Shown here one piece after another: positions 27,125 through 41,564 of a stretch of DNA of 64,000 nucleotides. The notes below the pieces were generated by a model. It ran no database searches. It was not told where the DNA came from and saw only the letters and a list, made by a program, of their open reading frames with translations. Within the stretch, counting starts at the first letter, position 1; every line of letters begins with the position of its first letter. Source of the DNA: Ancylonema sp. (Eukaryota); assembly GCA_050230475.1 (NCBI GenBank), contig JBFLGF010000177.1, forward strand, positions 1-64,000, in the 5' to 3' direction. A program made the translations under genes and the position numbers.

Positions 27125-29270
27125 AAGGGATGCACGTTGTACAATAAGTGGTCCATCCATATTGTACATACATAGATTGTGTTGGTATGGATGTAGACAT
27201 TTACATGTAACATCAATGTTCATAGTTTGTAAACTGTTGGAAAGAATTGTATAATTTCGCTGACATATGTGTCCTATATCAGCGTGTTGAGATCGTTATC
27301 AAATAGTTGAGAGGTGATGTAGAGATATCGGTCAGTAGAATATTTTCACCTTTTTTTTCCTCTTGCAACTTTTATGCGGGGTATTGTTGCTTCACTATTC
27401 TCGCCATCTGTACAAGTACGCATACGTTACATTTGTAACATGTCCGATTCTGATTACCATAATACTTGTGCATGCCGTTATGAATTGAATGAGCCAATGC
27501 AGCGTTATTTGCAAACAAGTTGTGTGTCTGTATATGTAAGATACAGTGATTTGAGTGTACATTCCAGTATGACTTTTATATGTTAATACAGTGTTATTTG
27601 CGATCATGTTGCGAGTGCGTACAAGTAGAATATAATCATTCGATATACTTGTGCATTCCATTATGAATTTTATATGCGAATGCACACTCATACAAATAAC
27701 AGGTTGCGAGTGTGAACTGTTTCAGTGTAGTCATTCCATATTCTTCTGCAGTCCATTATACATTTTATATGCTAATGAAATGCATTGTTATTTTGCAAAC
27801 AGGTTGCAAGTGTGTACAGTAACAATATAGTCATTTATGGTTGCGCGGACATGAAGTCAAATGTGATGGCAGACGTAACGAACTGATTTAAAAATCGTAT
27901 GGTGTATATGAGTGATGTTTTAGTAATCTATATTAGCCATCTACTTTTATACTCAATTTGTAGATAACAAATTGTTTCAGAATTGAAGTCACATTTTCCA
28001 AAGCATATATACAAACACATGGGAATGTTGAAGTAAGCCGTGGAAATGATTCATTATTATGTGACAATCATAGCGGTAGGCGCTCTTTGCCAGATATTGT
28101 CTTCTTCTATACTCGTTCCTTGAAGCCTGGGAAACAAGTTCAAGAACCTGAGAACGAATGTTACAAGGCAACATCCTGCCTTTTAAGCGATCACACATTG
28201 CCTTGCCTGTACATGCTATTCGCCAATATACATTGCGCAAACCGCGTTATTTGCCTCACGTTGCATAAGAATCCTTTCCCATCATATCATTTATTATACG
28301 ACAGGACCTCTGCAGCAGCAATAGAATGGACAGCAGATGCAGTCCTCAATAGTTTGCGCGCACTCGTCAATGGCGATGCAGCAGCAAAGGCAAACAAGCC
28401 TGCGCAAAAGAAACTGTCTTAAACACTTTTCCAGCTTGTGTACAGCAACAGGCGTTGTCAATGCCAGCAAAGAACGCTCTGCATTCGTGCGTTCCCTGGC
28501 AGGCGATTTAGCGAAAAATACTTTCGTAAATCGAAAATAACATTTCTCAGTAACATGAGTTGCCAAGGAGACTTCACCGCACGCCTCTGCAAAGCAATTT
28601 GTGCTCTCTGTGAGAAGAATGTCACAAACTTACAGGTCCTTGACACAACCCATGGTGTGAAGTGTAGAAGTGAAATTGCGGGAGAAAGTTTCAAATCTGC
28701 GAGAATTACACATACAGCAGGGAAAAATCAACAATCACCAGAGCAGATGGCAAGCGGGCAAAGTGGAGGAGCAGACATAGACATGCACCACTTTACAGAG
28801 CGGCAAAACAAAGACAGGAATTGCGACCAAGCCAAATTGAGCGTTAATCTCGGTGCCGTAGCGCAAGCGTTATGAATATGAAGCTGGGACAAAGCCCGTG
28901 AGTGTGTACCTGAGGTCGTTGCAGAGGTAGAACAAAATTGAATTGAGTGGCTGCAAAGATGAATTCGATTACTCAGGGCAGAGTGTGTGCATAAATACGC
29001 TGCGCGGACTACGGGGAGAAGCCCAGCCTCACTCATCCGGTTTGCGAAGCTCATCAGTACGTGGCAACGTCGATATCATCGAGGGGGGGCCAAGTGTCGA
29101 GCACGGGTGTCGTTCAAACTATCACATGGAGGATTTCCACGAATCAGCCTCCGGCGGCATTTTTAATCGCCGCCGGAGATGACACGTTGTAACTGTAACG
29201 TTGAGTCACTGATGTTTCAGAGGTGGTCCCAGACCTGATGCACCTTCGCCAGATACACCTTCCTAACATA

Positions 29271-29370
29271 GTACAGGATACCCTCGATATGACGACAACA
29301 AAATTGGGGAATCTCCGTTATATCGAGGTGTAGGCCACAGTCTATAACAGTATCGAGGTATGACAGTGCA
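29271..29370. mobile_element. Tiny pogo-like MITE
   Basis: TACAGGATACCCTCGATAT ... TATCGAGGTATGACAGT imperfect inverted ends. TTATATCGAGG motif recurs at ~29700 and ~29970. Confidence 0.4.
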
Positions 29371-32300
29371 TAACGGCATTCTTTCAGAAAAACAAAACCA
29401 AGTGTCACTTTATTTGAAGGACGCGTAAACTAAGCAAAGTGATCACCTCATTGTGCTAAAAAAATGTGTTGAGTGCAATACTTTGCCTCGGGGGTATATC
29501 ATCAAATGTGTTTTGTCATATGTTTTCACAAATACGCACAAATTCTATCACTGATACACTTGTTGAGGTTTTCAAGATGTTTTAATCTTAGTAAACCAGT
29601 TATCGTTATCCACGAGATTTGCCATTATAAACGGTTTATGATGACATTCTAAAAGTACTAATGTAGATTTGAGTTTCAATAGATGCACGTTCGTCATTCT
29701 TATATCGAGGGAACTTTTGAAATCGAAGAGGCACGGGAGACCAAAAGAGAAGAAAAAAAAGGGGAAAAGAGAAGGGAAATAACGGGGGGGGGGAGGTGCA
29801 CTAGGGGAGTTGTCTCAATGGGATTCGACAGGAATAGAATGCAACAAAAATATTTATTTATATGTGTATGTAAATACATGTATTAATATAACATACTATA
29901 ATATATTTATATATTTATATATTTATATATTTATATTGTATAAATCTACGCAATGTACATTTAAATTCTTATATCGAGGGACCAAGAAAATGTGATGGTA
30001 GCAAATATTAACTACTTAACTTTCCTATCTACTTAACTTTCCTATTCTTTACCAACACCTGATCGTGGAATCCGGAGTATCGAAATGCGGGAGATTTGAC
30101 GATACGTGTACCGTACCGGACAGGTTTATAGCCCCCGAAAATAATTACCTAAGTGCTGGGGCGGGGCAAGGATATTAATTCAAATAAAATAAAATTGGGG
30201 CCTTAAGTACCGGGAAATACGGGCAAAATTTCGGCCTGGGGCATTATCTAAAATCCGTTTTTTCCGCCTGGGGCTTTATCCGGTGGGGCTTTATTACGAA
30301 ATGCACGCCAATCAGAAAAATGAGCCCCTGATCTCCACTCCCATCTCTCCGTTGTTCACTCCGTGAACGGGCTCGCCCATGTCCCACCTAGGGTTGTAAA
30401 TATGACGGAATCCGGGTTTCGGCGTAAGTAATACAACCGTAATTTACGAATCACCGTAATATCGTAATTTTACAAAAACCCATGTAATTTGACGATGGCC
30501 TTACATGTAAATCGTAATTGAGGTAATTACTAATTTACAGTCATGACGATTAAAATGTAAAAATTACACCTGGCAAATTCAGGACACTTCACACACGCCA
30601 TAAGTTTTTTTTTTTTTTTTTTTTTTTTCTCTCCCCCTCCCTCCCTCCCTCGCTCCCTAATATTTTCTCCCCGACGACTTTCTTTGTGCGTGAGAGTGTC
30701 TGACAATCTACCGTCTTCATCGTGTAATAACATAATATAACTTCCGCTATATATACACGTTTTAGTAGACGACAATGTAATGAAGTCAACAACTACTTCA
30801 TAGTCGACAACATAATCACAACGTTCTGGCGGACAACACTGTTATGTAGGACGACGACGCCATGAAAGTCCAGGGATGGAATACTGCAATGACTTGGAAT
30901 CTCCATGATATTTTCGTCTTAAAGGCTAGAAGACGAAAAGAGGACGATCCTTATAGAGAAGATATGAAGACGGGAGAACAATATTTTGTATATGTTGATG
31001 AAATCTTGTTTGTTGGGAAACAAATTAAAATGACAAGAAGTGTCATGAATTATTTGGAATATGTGGTTAAAAAAATACACAATCTACAACCACGGGGGAA
31101 ATAAAAAAACTTTCCACACACCTTTTTTTTTTTTTTTTTCCTGCAGCCCTTTTAAAATCCTTACATATTACGTGTAATCGCCATTTTGGATCCCATTCGG
31201 GATCCCGATCCCATGCCTTCCGCCTGTTGTAATCGTCTGCTGCACGACGCTGCAGGTCTCTTTTCCTTCTCTCCCCTGAATCGTGCGCTCTCCAGTCGGC
31301 ATATCGCACGTCATTCCGCGTTCATCGCTTCTCGGCGTTATTTGAGAATCACAACTTTCATGGTGAGCATCCAATTACCGCCTGGCAGTATTGATTTTCT
31401 TGTATATGTGATGTTTCACCCACTGGTGGACTGTGAGGATCAGTACTCTTGATATCAATCTCCGGGTGGATTTGCGCAGATGATTGGTAATCGTCTTCTG
31501 TCCCCGTAGCTGTCTCTCTCTCTCTCTCTCTCTCTCTTCCGTTGCCACTGCCTCGATCCTAGGCGTCATGAGAGACTCAAAATTGTCATGGTGAGTAATC
31601 TATTGCCGCTCTAAAGTACACTGCTATTACCCTGTGGTGGACGTATGACTCAAATTATTGGTGGAGTTGCGCTGATGATAGCAGATTACCGAATTGTTTT
31701 GTGATACTGTACCTCTTTCTTCCCCCCCCCCTTTGAATAGTGCGCCCATCATTTCGCATGCCAGTTCCATAATTCTCGGAGTATAATCACTCTTATAAAT
31801 GTCATGGTTAGCATTCAAATATCGCCTTAAAGTTCGCTGGCCTAAACAATTACCTACTTTCTCTCCTTCAAGTCTTTCCATGCCCAAGCATACACGCGTT
31901 TACTACCTTGAGCGTGGAGTATAAAAATCGTCAAAATTCGTAAACATTCAGCATGCATTGTAATAGTATGCATGCACAATTTCGTAATCATCGATTTAGT
32001 TTATTTACGTCCAACCAAGGTCCAAATTGTACATACTGTTAGATATATCTTCTTCAAGAGTAGGATCTTTTTTTCCTTTGCGCATGAATTTCAGATTTCA
32101 TGTTTTTTGTGTGTATATGCATGTGTTATGACACGCTCATTCACATTTAGGTGTTGGGTATGATAACGAGCGTTTTGAAGTATTTAACACAAAGTTCATA
32201 CCGCAAGCGTGCACACTTTTTCTCATTAGTGAAGTTCAAATGATGACATACGATGGAGTGCGCTGTGCCATGTATAAACACAACATTGTACATAGACACA

Positions 32301-33599
32301 TGTATCACATCAACCATGTTGTAAAGGCATAGGGAGGGCGCGTTGTAACCAATTTACGCCCCACATGTACACACTTGATTAGTGAGATTCATATCATGAC
32401 TTGCGAAGGGGTCACCTATGCAAAGTTCAAAATTCAAAACTACGTTGTATATAGACGTTTGTAATCAACAACCATAATGTCGGCACAAGAAGCGGTAATT
32501 AAAAATGCCCAACTCCCACGTATACACGTGCATACGTCTTTAGTTGAACAATGTTCAAATATTTGGAGGAATGAGAGATGCCAGTAGTCATAAACAACAA
32601 TAAAGAGTTGGCTCTCCACAAAGTCTAAGAGATAATTCACGACTGATGCATTCCATTGATAAAACAAAAAGAGCATCAGAAACGATTTACAAGTTACAAT
32701 GGAAGAGGTTACAATCGTTAGAACAATAAAGAGTCTCTTGCGTTGCCCGTCTCAACTAAAAAAGAAGAAACTTACAATCTATCATAGCACAATCTAATTG
32801 ACTTTCATACATAGCACATTCACTATACTTCGCTTCTAGTCTATACCCCCCCTTAAAAAAATCATAGCAAGTAATGTGATGTCTTTTTTATTTACGACCA
32901 AAATTTCCTTCGTCCTTCTTCATCTTCCAAGTCCGAACTTCCATGTGTTGAACTTCACTGCAAGAAACAATGAAACGGGTTAAAAGTTGCTATGGTCAAA
33001 GAGCACGTGTGCCATGGTCACACCTTTGAAAAAAACTATCAAAATGCACCTGTAGTATACACATGTTCCCATTGCTAGACACACTCTCACTCACATTCCG
33101 CACTTCACGTGTAGAAACCGATGGTGGCTCCACCTTCGCCTCTTCTTCCATACTATCTTTCCTGATGTCCAACATGTTTTCGTCCCGATACAAATTCAAA
33201 TCAGCTTCAAATATTTGCAGGTCAGTGATTAAGCATGTGCACGTTTATTCATATGAGGTCATGTACTTATGAGCGTGTGTGCATGTTTACGATTTAATGT
33301 TCGTATGTAAACATTCATGTAACCGCATGTACATGCATACATCACGCAAAACATCGAACGAAGTACTTTATTAGCACATGCAACAGATGTATCAGATGAA
33401 CATGCATCAGATGGACTGCGGAAACAGAAACAAAGAATTACGAAGCAACGAAGTACTGTATCACCACATGCAATAGAAGCCACATGGATTGCAGGAAGAG
33501 TCCCACCAGTGCGCCTGTATGTGAGAAAGCAGAATCAGTGCTTTTATAATGAAAGCGAAAATAATTCGATGCTCTATCTTGATAGGTTTTGTTGTAATA

Positions 33600-33860
33600 A
33601 ACATTCGAGTGAAGAAATAAGTTGATTTGGAGTTGTGGTTAGGAAGATATCGATTTTAAAAATATAGCGTTTTGAGTGCTAATTAGGTGGGCGGATAATA
33701 CGAGGTCGAAACTTTGAAGTGACCGATACGCGTCGTCTGTGGTCAGTCAGAATTGAGTCTTTGTGTGATATGTTTCATTTAGAGAGATGCACGTGGTGAC
33801 AGTAGCTGGCATATTTTTGGACATGTGTAAGTTTTGGCGGTCAACGTGTCGACGTTTGTA
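33600..33860. repeat. Dispersed repeat shared with 14250-14490
   Basis: Same colinear blocks as 14250-14490. Confidence 0.7.
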
Positions 33861-36800
33861 GTCACTGTTGAGACATTGACATGTATTGACACGTAGGTGA
33901 CAAGTGGATAGCATCACGTACGGACAACAAGTAGTGAGCAGTTGACGAAACCAGAACTCCATAGGAGGTCGAGGGGGGGCTCTGAGCGCAGGCACTCGGG
34001 TTAAAATAAACGCGATAATATGAACGGGATCGGGATCTCGGTTCATTTGACGACTGCATACTGTGAAGGTTTCCCGCCGGGTAATTTGACGGCAAGTTTC
34101 GAACGGCCAGACCGCCAGCCGGTACCCGATTTGACGTCTGCGTGCTGTTAAGGAAAACTGCATGCTGTTAAGTTTTCCCTTAATTTAATAACTCCCCAGA
34201 GAGAACTTTAGGGCTTAAATTGCCATCCCTGCCGAGAGAGTCCGGGTTCACTTTCCGAGCCTCCGATCTCTACCGAAGCCCAGCTGAGTCGGGATTGAAA
34301 ACGGTAGGGAAACGGCTGGTCTCCTTCCTTCTAGCTTCACCATTTGATCGCTCCTCGAACTAACAGAATGCTCCACTATTGCGACGATGTTGCTAATGCC
34401 CTGCAGACGTCCACAATCGTAGCCTCTCAGTTCAGTCAAGGTAGTACAACTTCCCACCTTCAGCTATCGTCTACGCCGGTCTGACGCCGACTTGGGGCGT
34501 GCGCGCTTTTCCGTGCCTGGTGGCTCGAAGATATTGGATACACGAAATCATGACTCGCTGCAGCATCCTGACGCTGATTCTCTTGACATCATGCGTTGCA
34601 ACTCTCAGGTCTACCCTGGCAGCAGGAGGGTAAGATTTGCTGCCACAGTGTGACTTGCCTGCCACAAGCTAGGATGTCTCTGCAGATATATGCTCATTTA
34701 TTCCCACCGAATGAAATTTTTCGAGATAATGAATCACACAGTTTTGTAAGCAATCTTCTTTTCATATTAAAAGTGCTATAATTGTCTATTAAAAAAAAAC
34801 AGTTTCTTTTTTCCGCGTCAATTTAATGTGAAATCATGTAGAAAATCAGTTGCAGCTTCAAGCAGCAAGAACACGTACTCTCGTGCGGGTCACCTGATAC
34901 TGGGGGTTGGGTTTGAGGGTTTGACAAGCCAGTCTGGATGCAGCATTGGATAAAGGGGAGAGACTTGACACAGCTTCTATCGACCCCTCAGACAGCCGCA
35001 CGAGCTGCAATGTGACTGGCTTGTGCCTGCCCTGCTCTCCTGAGCACAAGGTCAGTGTTACAAAATAGTAACAGACGCCCGACTAACGTGCTGGCCAAAC
35101 AGTGAGCCCGTCTACAATGGTCACCTGACCTAATCCTTGTGTTGTTAAAAATCTCGTCTCGAATTCCAAAGAAATCGGATCGCATCATTTTGCCCAGGAA
35201 TACCATCATAGTATGTCCTCCGTGATGCACGTGTATCAGAACCGTCCTTTCTTCCACCACTGGGAATTGAACACCTCCGTTCAATCACCTCTGGTCGACA
35301 CACTCGCGGTTTGTCTCATTGGTCGCCCATTCCGCTCCTCAAGTTTTGCTTCCTTCGATTCTCTGACTGGCTGCAGGAGACGGACCCCTCTTGCCGAGCG
35401 ACGGGTTACCGCCAAGCCATAACCTGCATCGAACAGTCTACGGAATCGGGGGCGGTTTTCGGGGGAGCTGGGGAGAAGTCATCCGCAGCTACATCCACGT
35501 CTACAGTCACAGCTACAGCTACAGCTACAGCTACAGGCGCAGCTACAGGTGGAGCTGCAGACAGTTCGGGCAGCAGGAGGGGGGCAATTGAGGTGGGGGA
35601 TACCAGCACAGGGGGGGCTGGAGAGGAGAGGGGGGGATCTGTGGTTATAGACCCTGGGGTGAGGGGTGTGAGGGTGGAGGGTGGGGCGGTGGGAGGGGGT
35701 GGTGGGGAGAGGAGGCGGTTACAGTCAAGCACTCTTGCGCCGCAATTTCGACGGTTTGAGACGTTCCAAAGCTGTGTTCAAGCGGACAAGGAGACATTGA
35801 GTGTGTTGGGGTTTGAGGTGAGACAAGCACTTTATTAGCAAGATTAAGTATTAACAAGATATGGTTGGCAAGGTATGCCGAAATGGTTTATCACCTAGAC
35901 GGTTTAGACGTCGATCTTGTATGCCATTATTGCATCATGATGTTTGCATACCCAACAAAAGCGATACTTGGTGTGTGCGGTTCACAAGTCATATGCACTT
36001 TGATTCATGCTTGTTAATATTGTAAAACATGACCAAATTTATTACGTGTTGATATCCGTATCCGTATCCGTGTGAGTATCCGTCCAAAATATCAATAAAA
36101 CCAATCAGCCCGGATTCGGGTTCTCACCCAAAATCCGACGTATAAATTAATAACCTGTTCAAATTGATAATACAACCCTGTCCCAAGAATGTCAATCAAG
36201 AGATTTTTTATTGTATGATAGCTAAGGTTTGACCCCCTTTGTTGACAACCGTCCAAAGCGCTATCTTTATGAAGCCGTGCACTAAGTAGTTATGTGAACT
36301 TATGATTGGAGGATTTATATTTTCAATTCCTGATTTTGTGTCAATGAGCTTACGACGGGAGGTGTGATTGGTCGGCTATGATTGGTGCAGGGCATTGTGT
36401 TGAGCATCCTCGGTGTGTGCGCTCCAATCGTGTACCATCGTCGGAAACGAGCGCAGTCAAACGTGCAAGTAGCGCGGATCCCGAGTTCATCGCGGCTCTA
36501 GTCTTAAAAAATCGAATTCTCGTTATATTTAGGGTCGTGGTTTCATTCGTTGATTGGTGACCCAAACCTTTTGTTAGCGCAGTCCGATAATTGCTTGCGA
36601 AGAGAACGATTTCCAACTGCTCAAATTTCATTATAGCCTTCATCAGGAAAGTGGTTTCCTTCTAATATTTCAAAAATAAATATATAATCAATTCGTATGC
36701 ACTCCTCGTCATGGCCCGATCTTGCTTCAAATATTACTATAAAGGCGGTGGCGTTTTTTTGTTTTTGTTTTAGGACGAGTGTTCGTGAATGTATATATTT

Positions 36801-37249
36801 CACGAATCCTCATGTTACTACACTCACTTCTCTCGTGAGCCGATTGTCACATTGAAATTGGTATGAGCCATGATGTGAGAAGCGCGAGGGGACAACATTT
36901 AGCAAGGGTAGCATGTTGTTTGAGGACTTGAATAAAAGCCTTTAGGTCCATTCCTTTAAGTGTGCACTTCAAAATAAAGTGTTGTAACATGCACCATTGG
37001 AATTGCACAACTCTCACGCGACGTTCAGTCGAACGTAAAGGGGGAAATAAGTGTTGCTTACGTGTTTCGCTTCTCAAGGGCCATTTATAAAATTGATGAT
37101 CTAGTTTGATCAACGAAAATATTTAAGGATGGCTAATATGGGTGTAAAACTCCTTACTCCGACATTGGGTAGATTGAGATGCACATGAATATTTTGAGGG
37201 ATAACATTCATTCACGCATTTGCCCTTGAGCTATATCTCGCTCATAGTA

Positions 37250-37810
37250 GATCCCCATCCATCCCGATCCCCGATCTGGGTCGGCACCGGATCGGACCCG
37301 ATCCGGATCCGCCGGGGATCGGAATTAATCCTATCGGATCGGGCTCAACTGGAAAATAATTAAATACAAAGCAACAAGCATTTTTGGGGGTATTATGCCA
37401 CCTTAATCGCGTATAAACTATTTTTTTACATCGATTTTCACATGATGGTTCGGCGCCTCCGATCTGAATCGGCGCCGGATCGGAAATTACCCGATCGGAT
37501 CGGGACCAACTCTGCTCGCTTGTGACAACTCCAAGTCTAGATTATTTATGTGCGACTTAATGATTGGTAAATCCGGACGATGAATTTCTTTGCGTTTATT
37601 TGAACCACGGAAACCAAACAAACATAAATTTGATTATTCTCTGTCATATATTCATAATTGCACGGACCGGCAAGATCTTGTTTTTGGACCGCGGTCGGAC
37701 CGGGTCCGGAGTCGGGACCATAGCTGGCCCCGCCCCGCAAATGCTGCCCCACTTTCCACCCGGGCCGGACGCGCCGAAATTTTTCCGCCCGGGACGGGGC
37801 CTTTTCGGGC
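37250..37810. repeat. MITE-like subterminal motif arrays (GATCCG/CGGATC; CCGGAC/CCCGCC)
   Basis: Dense clusters of short motifs in both orientations. No clear TIR/TSD resolved. Confidence 0.5.
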
Positions 37811-38669
37811 ATATTAGTAAAAGGGTATTAACTTAATACGCCCCTTAATAAGTGCTCGTCCCCGGCTAAGCCGTGGTTTTTTTTTTTTTTTTCATTATTA
37901 TTATTTAATTATTAATACTATTAAGACCACGTAGATTTGGATCCTTCAAAAAAAAATCGGATCCGACAAGTATTCGGGTTTTGAGAACACTTATAAGTAC
38001 GCTTGCCAACTGCATCCGTGAACATTCTAATGTACATCTCAGTTCACATTATTTTATTTTCTATTTTTCTCGCATTATGCGACGACCACGGAGTCGGACT
38101 CATGGCTGATTGTAGATGATGTCTAACGTGTGGCGATTGACGTATGGCAGATAGACTATGCAAAATGTATACTTTGAACAAAATCGACCATTTCTCTGCG
38201 TTGCAGCAGTTTTTTTTTTGAATAGTCAAGCCGTTGGCCCCGCCCCACACATCTCGCCCACCTTTTCGCCCCACGCGATGCCAAAATGACATCCTGACAC
38301 CCAGGGCGGAGCCAACTATGGTCCAGACCGGGAGAATTTTAGTATTTTTTCGTCCGTCAATGATTCCAGAGGGAAGGAAATCGTAAAAATACAACAAAAC
38401 AGAAAAAAATGTTCCCGTCCAACCGTTCATTGACCGAGAGGTTGATTTTTCGTTCACGAAAGTGGTTTGGATTGTTGCATACATATCCACCGCCCGATAA
38501 CCATGCGATTGAAAAGGATGACGAGATGAGAAGGTAGTGACGTGCCAGATATAGGATCGATAGGGTAAAAGGTCGTTGATGACGTAGTTGATGTATGCAC
38601 GCCATAACGTGGTTCATTGACATGAAGCAATGACTGTTGATATTGATGAATTGGTAATTGTAATGAGCA

Positions 38670-41564
38670 TCTGCCCCAACTAAGGAGTTTGTGCACGCTT
38701 GAACCGGGGCGATGGATAATCTCAAATTCATACTCTTGCAATAGTAGAGCCCAACGTGCAAGTTTTCCGGTGAGTTTGGTGGTGGTCATGATCCATTTGA
38801 GTGGTGCGTGGTCCGTGATGAGGGTGAATGGTTTGCCAAAGAGGAATTGACGAAAGGGTTGCACCGCCCAAATGACAGCCACACATTCCCCATGGAAGCT
38901 GCAGTAGTTCCGTTCAACATTGTTGTCATGACGCTAGAGATCGCTTCGGCGAAACCCCTCTAGATTGTTCAGAAACCCCTCTAGATTAATACTCTGCTAT
39001 AACGAGAGTATTCGATATAACGATTTTCTAGAACTAGTACTTCACAAGAAAAATAGACGAAATTTGTACGAGTCGAAAATAACGCGTGGCGTATTTTCCG
39101 AAGTCTAGAATCCAGCAATCTTTAATAAATAGCTACGTGTCGATTTTGCTAAAACCACAAGTCCCTTTCGACTTGTCGATAATCCCGGCGATTAAATCCA
39201 GCCGTAGAACTAGATGAATATCTCGCGCCGTTTTTCATCGGAGTGCCGATATTAATTGTAATGTTCTAGAAGCCAGCCTGTCGCTATCTTCGATAGTTTA
39301 ACTCTAGTTAACTCTGCCGGTTAGCACCGCGCAACAACTTTGTGATAAAAGACAATTTGTACTTTCAGATCTGCCAGCTTCCGCTTTCATATTGCGCTGT
39401 TAAGAAATCCCTTCCAACAATCTTCTGTGTTATCTGAATCCTTTGCAATTCTGTGAATATTGCATCCCTTCGCTTACGCGACTTCGCACAACGTGCTCGT
39501 CTTCCGTCTCGCCTGACATCCGTCAGCCATACGATAAGTTTGCAAATCATTCTTTGCAATCTCTGTGTGTGTGTAATTTGATTCATCTAAATCTATTGTT
39601 GACGCTCTTTCTGAGCCAGCTTTCATATCGAGTGTACTTTCTTACATTGATCCGCTGACGCTCTCTCTGAACCAGCAAGCGTGTGTGTGTGTGTGAAAAA
39701 CATATGTCGAGTTACCTGCGTTCGCTCCGAACCGGCAATTTCATTTGTGTGTGTGTGTTTGTTGTCGCTCGCTCCGAGCCAGCATTTCTTTTTTACATCT
39801 GTCTGCTTACGCTCTTTCTGAGCCAGCATCTTTTATCGACGCGCCGTCGATACTTTGCTTTCGCACCGAGAGTAACTCTTACGGCTGTTAACTTGGATAG
39901 TATGCACCAGATTATTTAATTTTTTGATAGTATTTTCACAGACTTTTGTACTATAAACCATCTATTAGCTCGCCCTCAGCGTTAAGTAGTGAATTTCACC
40001 AGACCGGTGAGACGTGTGATAGATATAATATTGATATCTCAGCAGAGATTCAGTGAGAGCAGCCGGACCACCAAGTCCACCTGAGACCCTTCGATCACCT
40101 ACGAACATCATCGATACCAACCTAGTCGACATCATCACTACACCACCGCGTGCATTACCACATGCATAATTCTGAGAATCATCCGGGAACAAAGGTGACA
40201 AAGTATGAAGAATATCATTTTAGGCGGCCGACTCCAAACAACACGTCATTGTTGCAACTGCGACTAGAAAATGCTACTGCATACTCGATACCATCATCTT
40301 TTCTTTGACTCAAGACAGCACCTAAGCCATGCGCACTCCTGTCTGTGGCTAATAGGTATGGTGTGTTGGTGTCGGTTCCGCGTAACATAGGTTCTGAGCA
40401 AAATGCAGTTTTGAGTGCTTTAAAGGCAGTTTCTTGTGTCTCATCCCGATGCCACTTCACATCCCCTTTCAAAAGGCCGTTGAATGGAGTTGCAATAGTA
40501 GATAAATGTGGGACGAGCTTACGGTAGTATGAAAACAAACCTAAAGCAGCTCGAAGTTGATGAATATCCTTAAGTGTAGGCATATCCTTGATAACACGTG
40601 TTTTCTCATCATGTGGTGCAATGCCTTTCCTATATATTTTGTGGCCGAGAAAATCCATCTCATTAGCAAAGAACAAGCACTTACCTGGATGACACTTCAG
40701 TTTGAATTGTATGAGTCGGTGGAAAACCTGGCGGAGGTGTTGCAGGTGGTCCTCGAAAGTGTTGCTCGAGTTGCTGATGTCGTCAATGTAGTAGCGAGAG
40801 TTGCGTAGTCCCGCCAGAATGCGATCCATGGTACGTTGAAAGAATGGTGGCGCATTCATGAGACCATATGGTACAACACTCCATTCGTAAATTTGGCGAT
40901 CAGCTCCCCAGAAGGCAGTCTTGCATTTATCTGTTTCTCAAATAGGAATTTGGTGGTATCCCTGACGCAAGTCCAATCTGGTGAAGATTTTTGCTTCTTT
41001 CATGTCCTAAAAAATGTCCTCAATGCGCGGAAGCTGATAATTGTCCTCTTGGGTATGATTGTTGATAAGTCGGCAAACCCCATCGGAAAAAACTCCATTC
41101 TGTGTTAGATAGACAATGGATTTTTTGAAAGATTGGTTGTGTTGTTGGTAATGAAATTTCCATAGGAGTATTGTTGGAAGGTAATAATTCTTCAAGAGAA
41201 AATGCAAAGACATCGCGGTTTTCTTCCAAAAGGTCAATTACTTGGAGTTTTTGGTTCCTCCGTAAGGTTGTTTCCGATTTTCCATGTCATGGGTTTCACC
41301 TCAGTTTCTCGTGGTGAATATGGATTGGATGGTTGTCATCCGTGACAGTTGTGGATTGGTAGTCTACTTCACTCAAAAGTGCTTGAGTGATAGGAATTGC
41401 ATCTTGAGCAAGTTGGTGTTGCTCTCGTGGTGTAAAATGCTGGTTATCCTTGTTGTTGTAAAACTCCTTGGTGTCAGAGTCATAATGCAATGTGTGGTAC
41501 ATTGGAGAAATCGGGTAGTCCCCCCCCCCATGTCCTTGGTTGGCAAGATGGGGTGTGTACCCTA
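38670..41564 (-). pseudogene. Ty3/gypsy pol (RT-RNase H), split by the 38924-40248 insertion and cut at 41565
   Basis: YQLPRIEDIF; GLMNAPPFFQRTMD..YYIDDI; LGLFSYYRK; LATDRSAHGLGAVLSQ..AFSSRSCNN|VERNY..ECVAVIWAV..FTLITDHAPLKW..LARWALLLQEYEFEIIHRPG. Confidence 0.93.
38924..40248 (+). mobile_element. Solo A-B terminal unit (solo-LTR-like), TG..CA, 4-bp TSD TTGT
   Basis: Removing 38924-40248 and one TTGT restores the RNase H frame (SCNNVERNY). Begins TGTCATGACGCTAGAGATCG (18/20 match to the start of A at 15928 minus). Ends CAACACGTCA like B2 at 13323. Confidence 0.85.

Noticed and set aside
28087..29182. Possible decayed MULE/SWIM-finger gene
   Set aside because: Only a vague C..CVH pattern needing a frameshift; not supportable without an HMM search.
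31300..33250. Possible MULE transposase or spliced gene remnant on minus
   Set aside because: Scattered motifs (CTCG, TNNL) are in the wrong order and interrupted by stops.
34988..35838. Pro/Ala/Thr-rich ORFs on both strands
   Set aside because: Low-complexity, no recognisable domain, and I could not build a stop-free spliced model.
30389..36180. 5.8-kb hAT-like element bounded by TAGGGTTGTA / TACAACCCTG
   Set aside because: Flanks (GTCCCACC vs TCCCAAGA) do not form a clean TSD and no transposase is recognisable.
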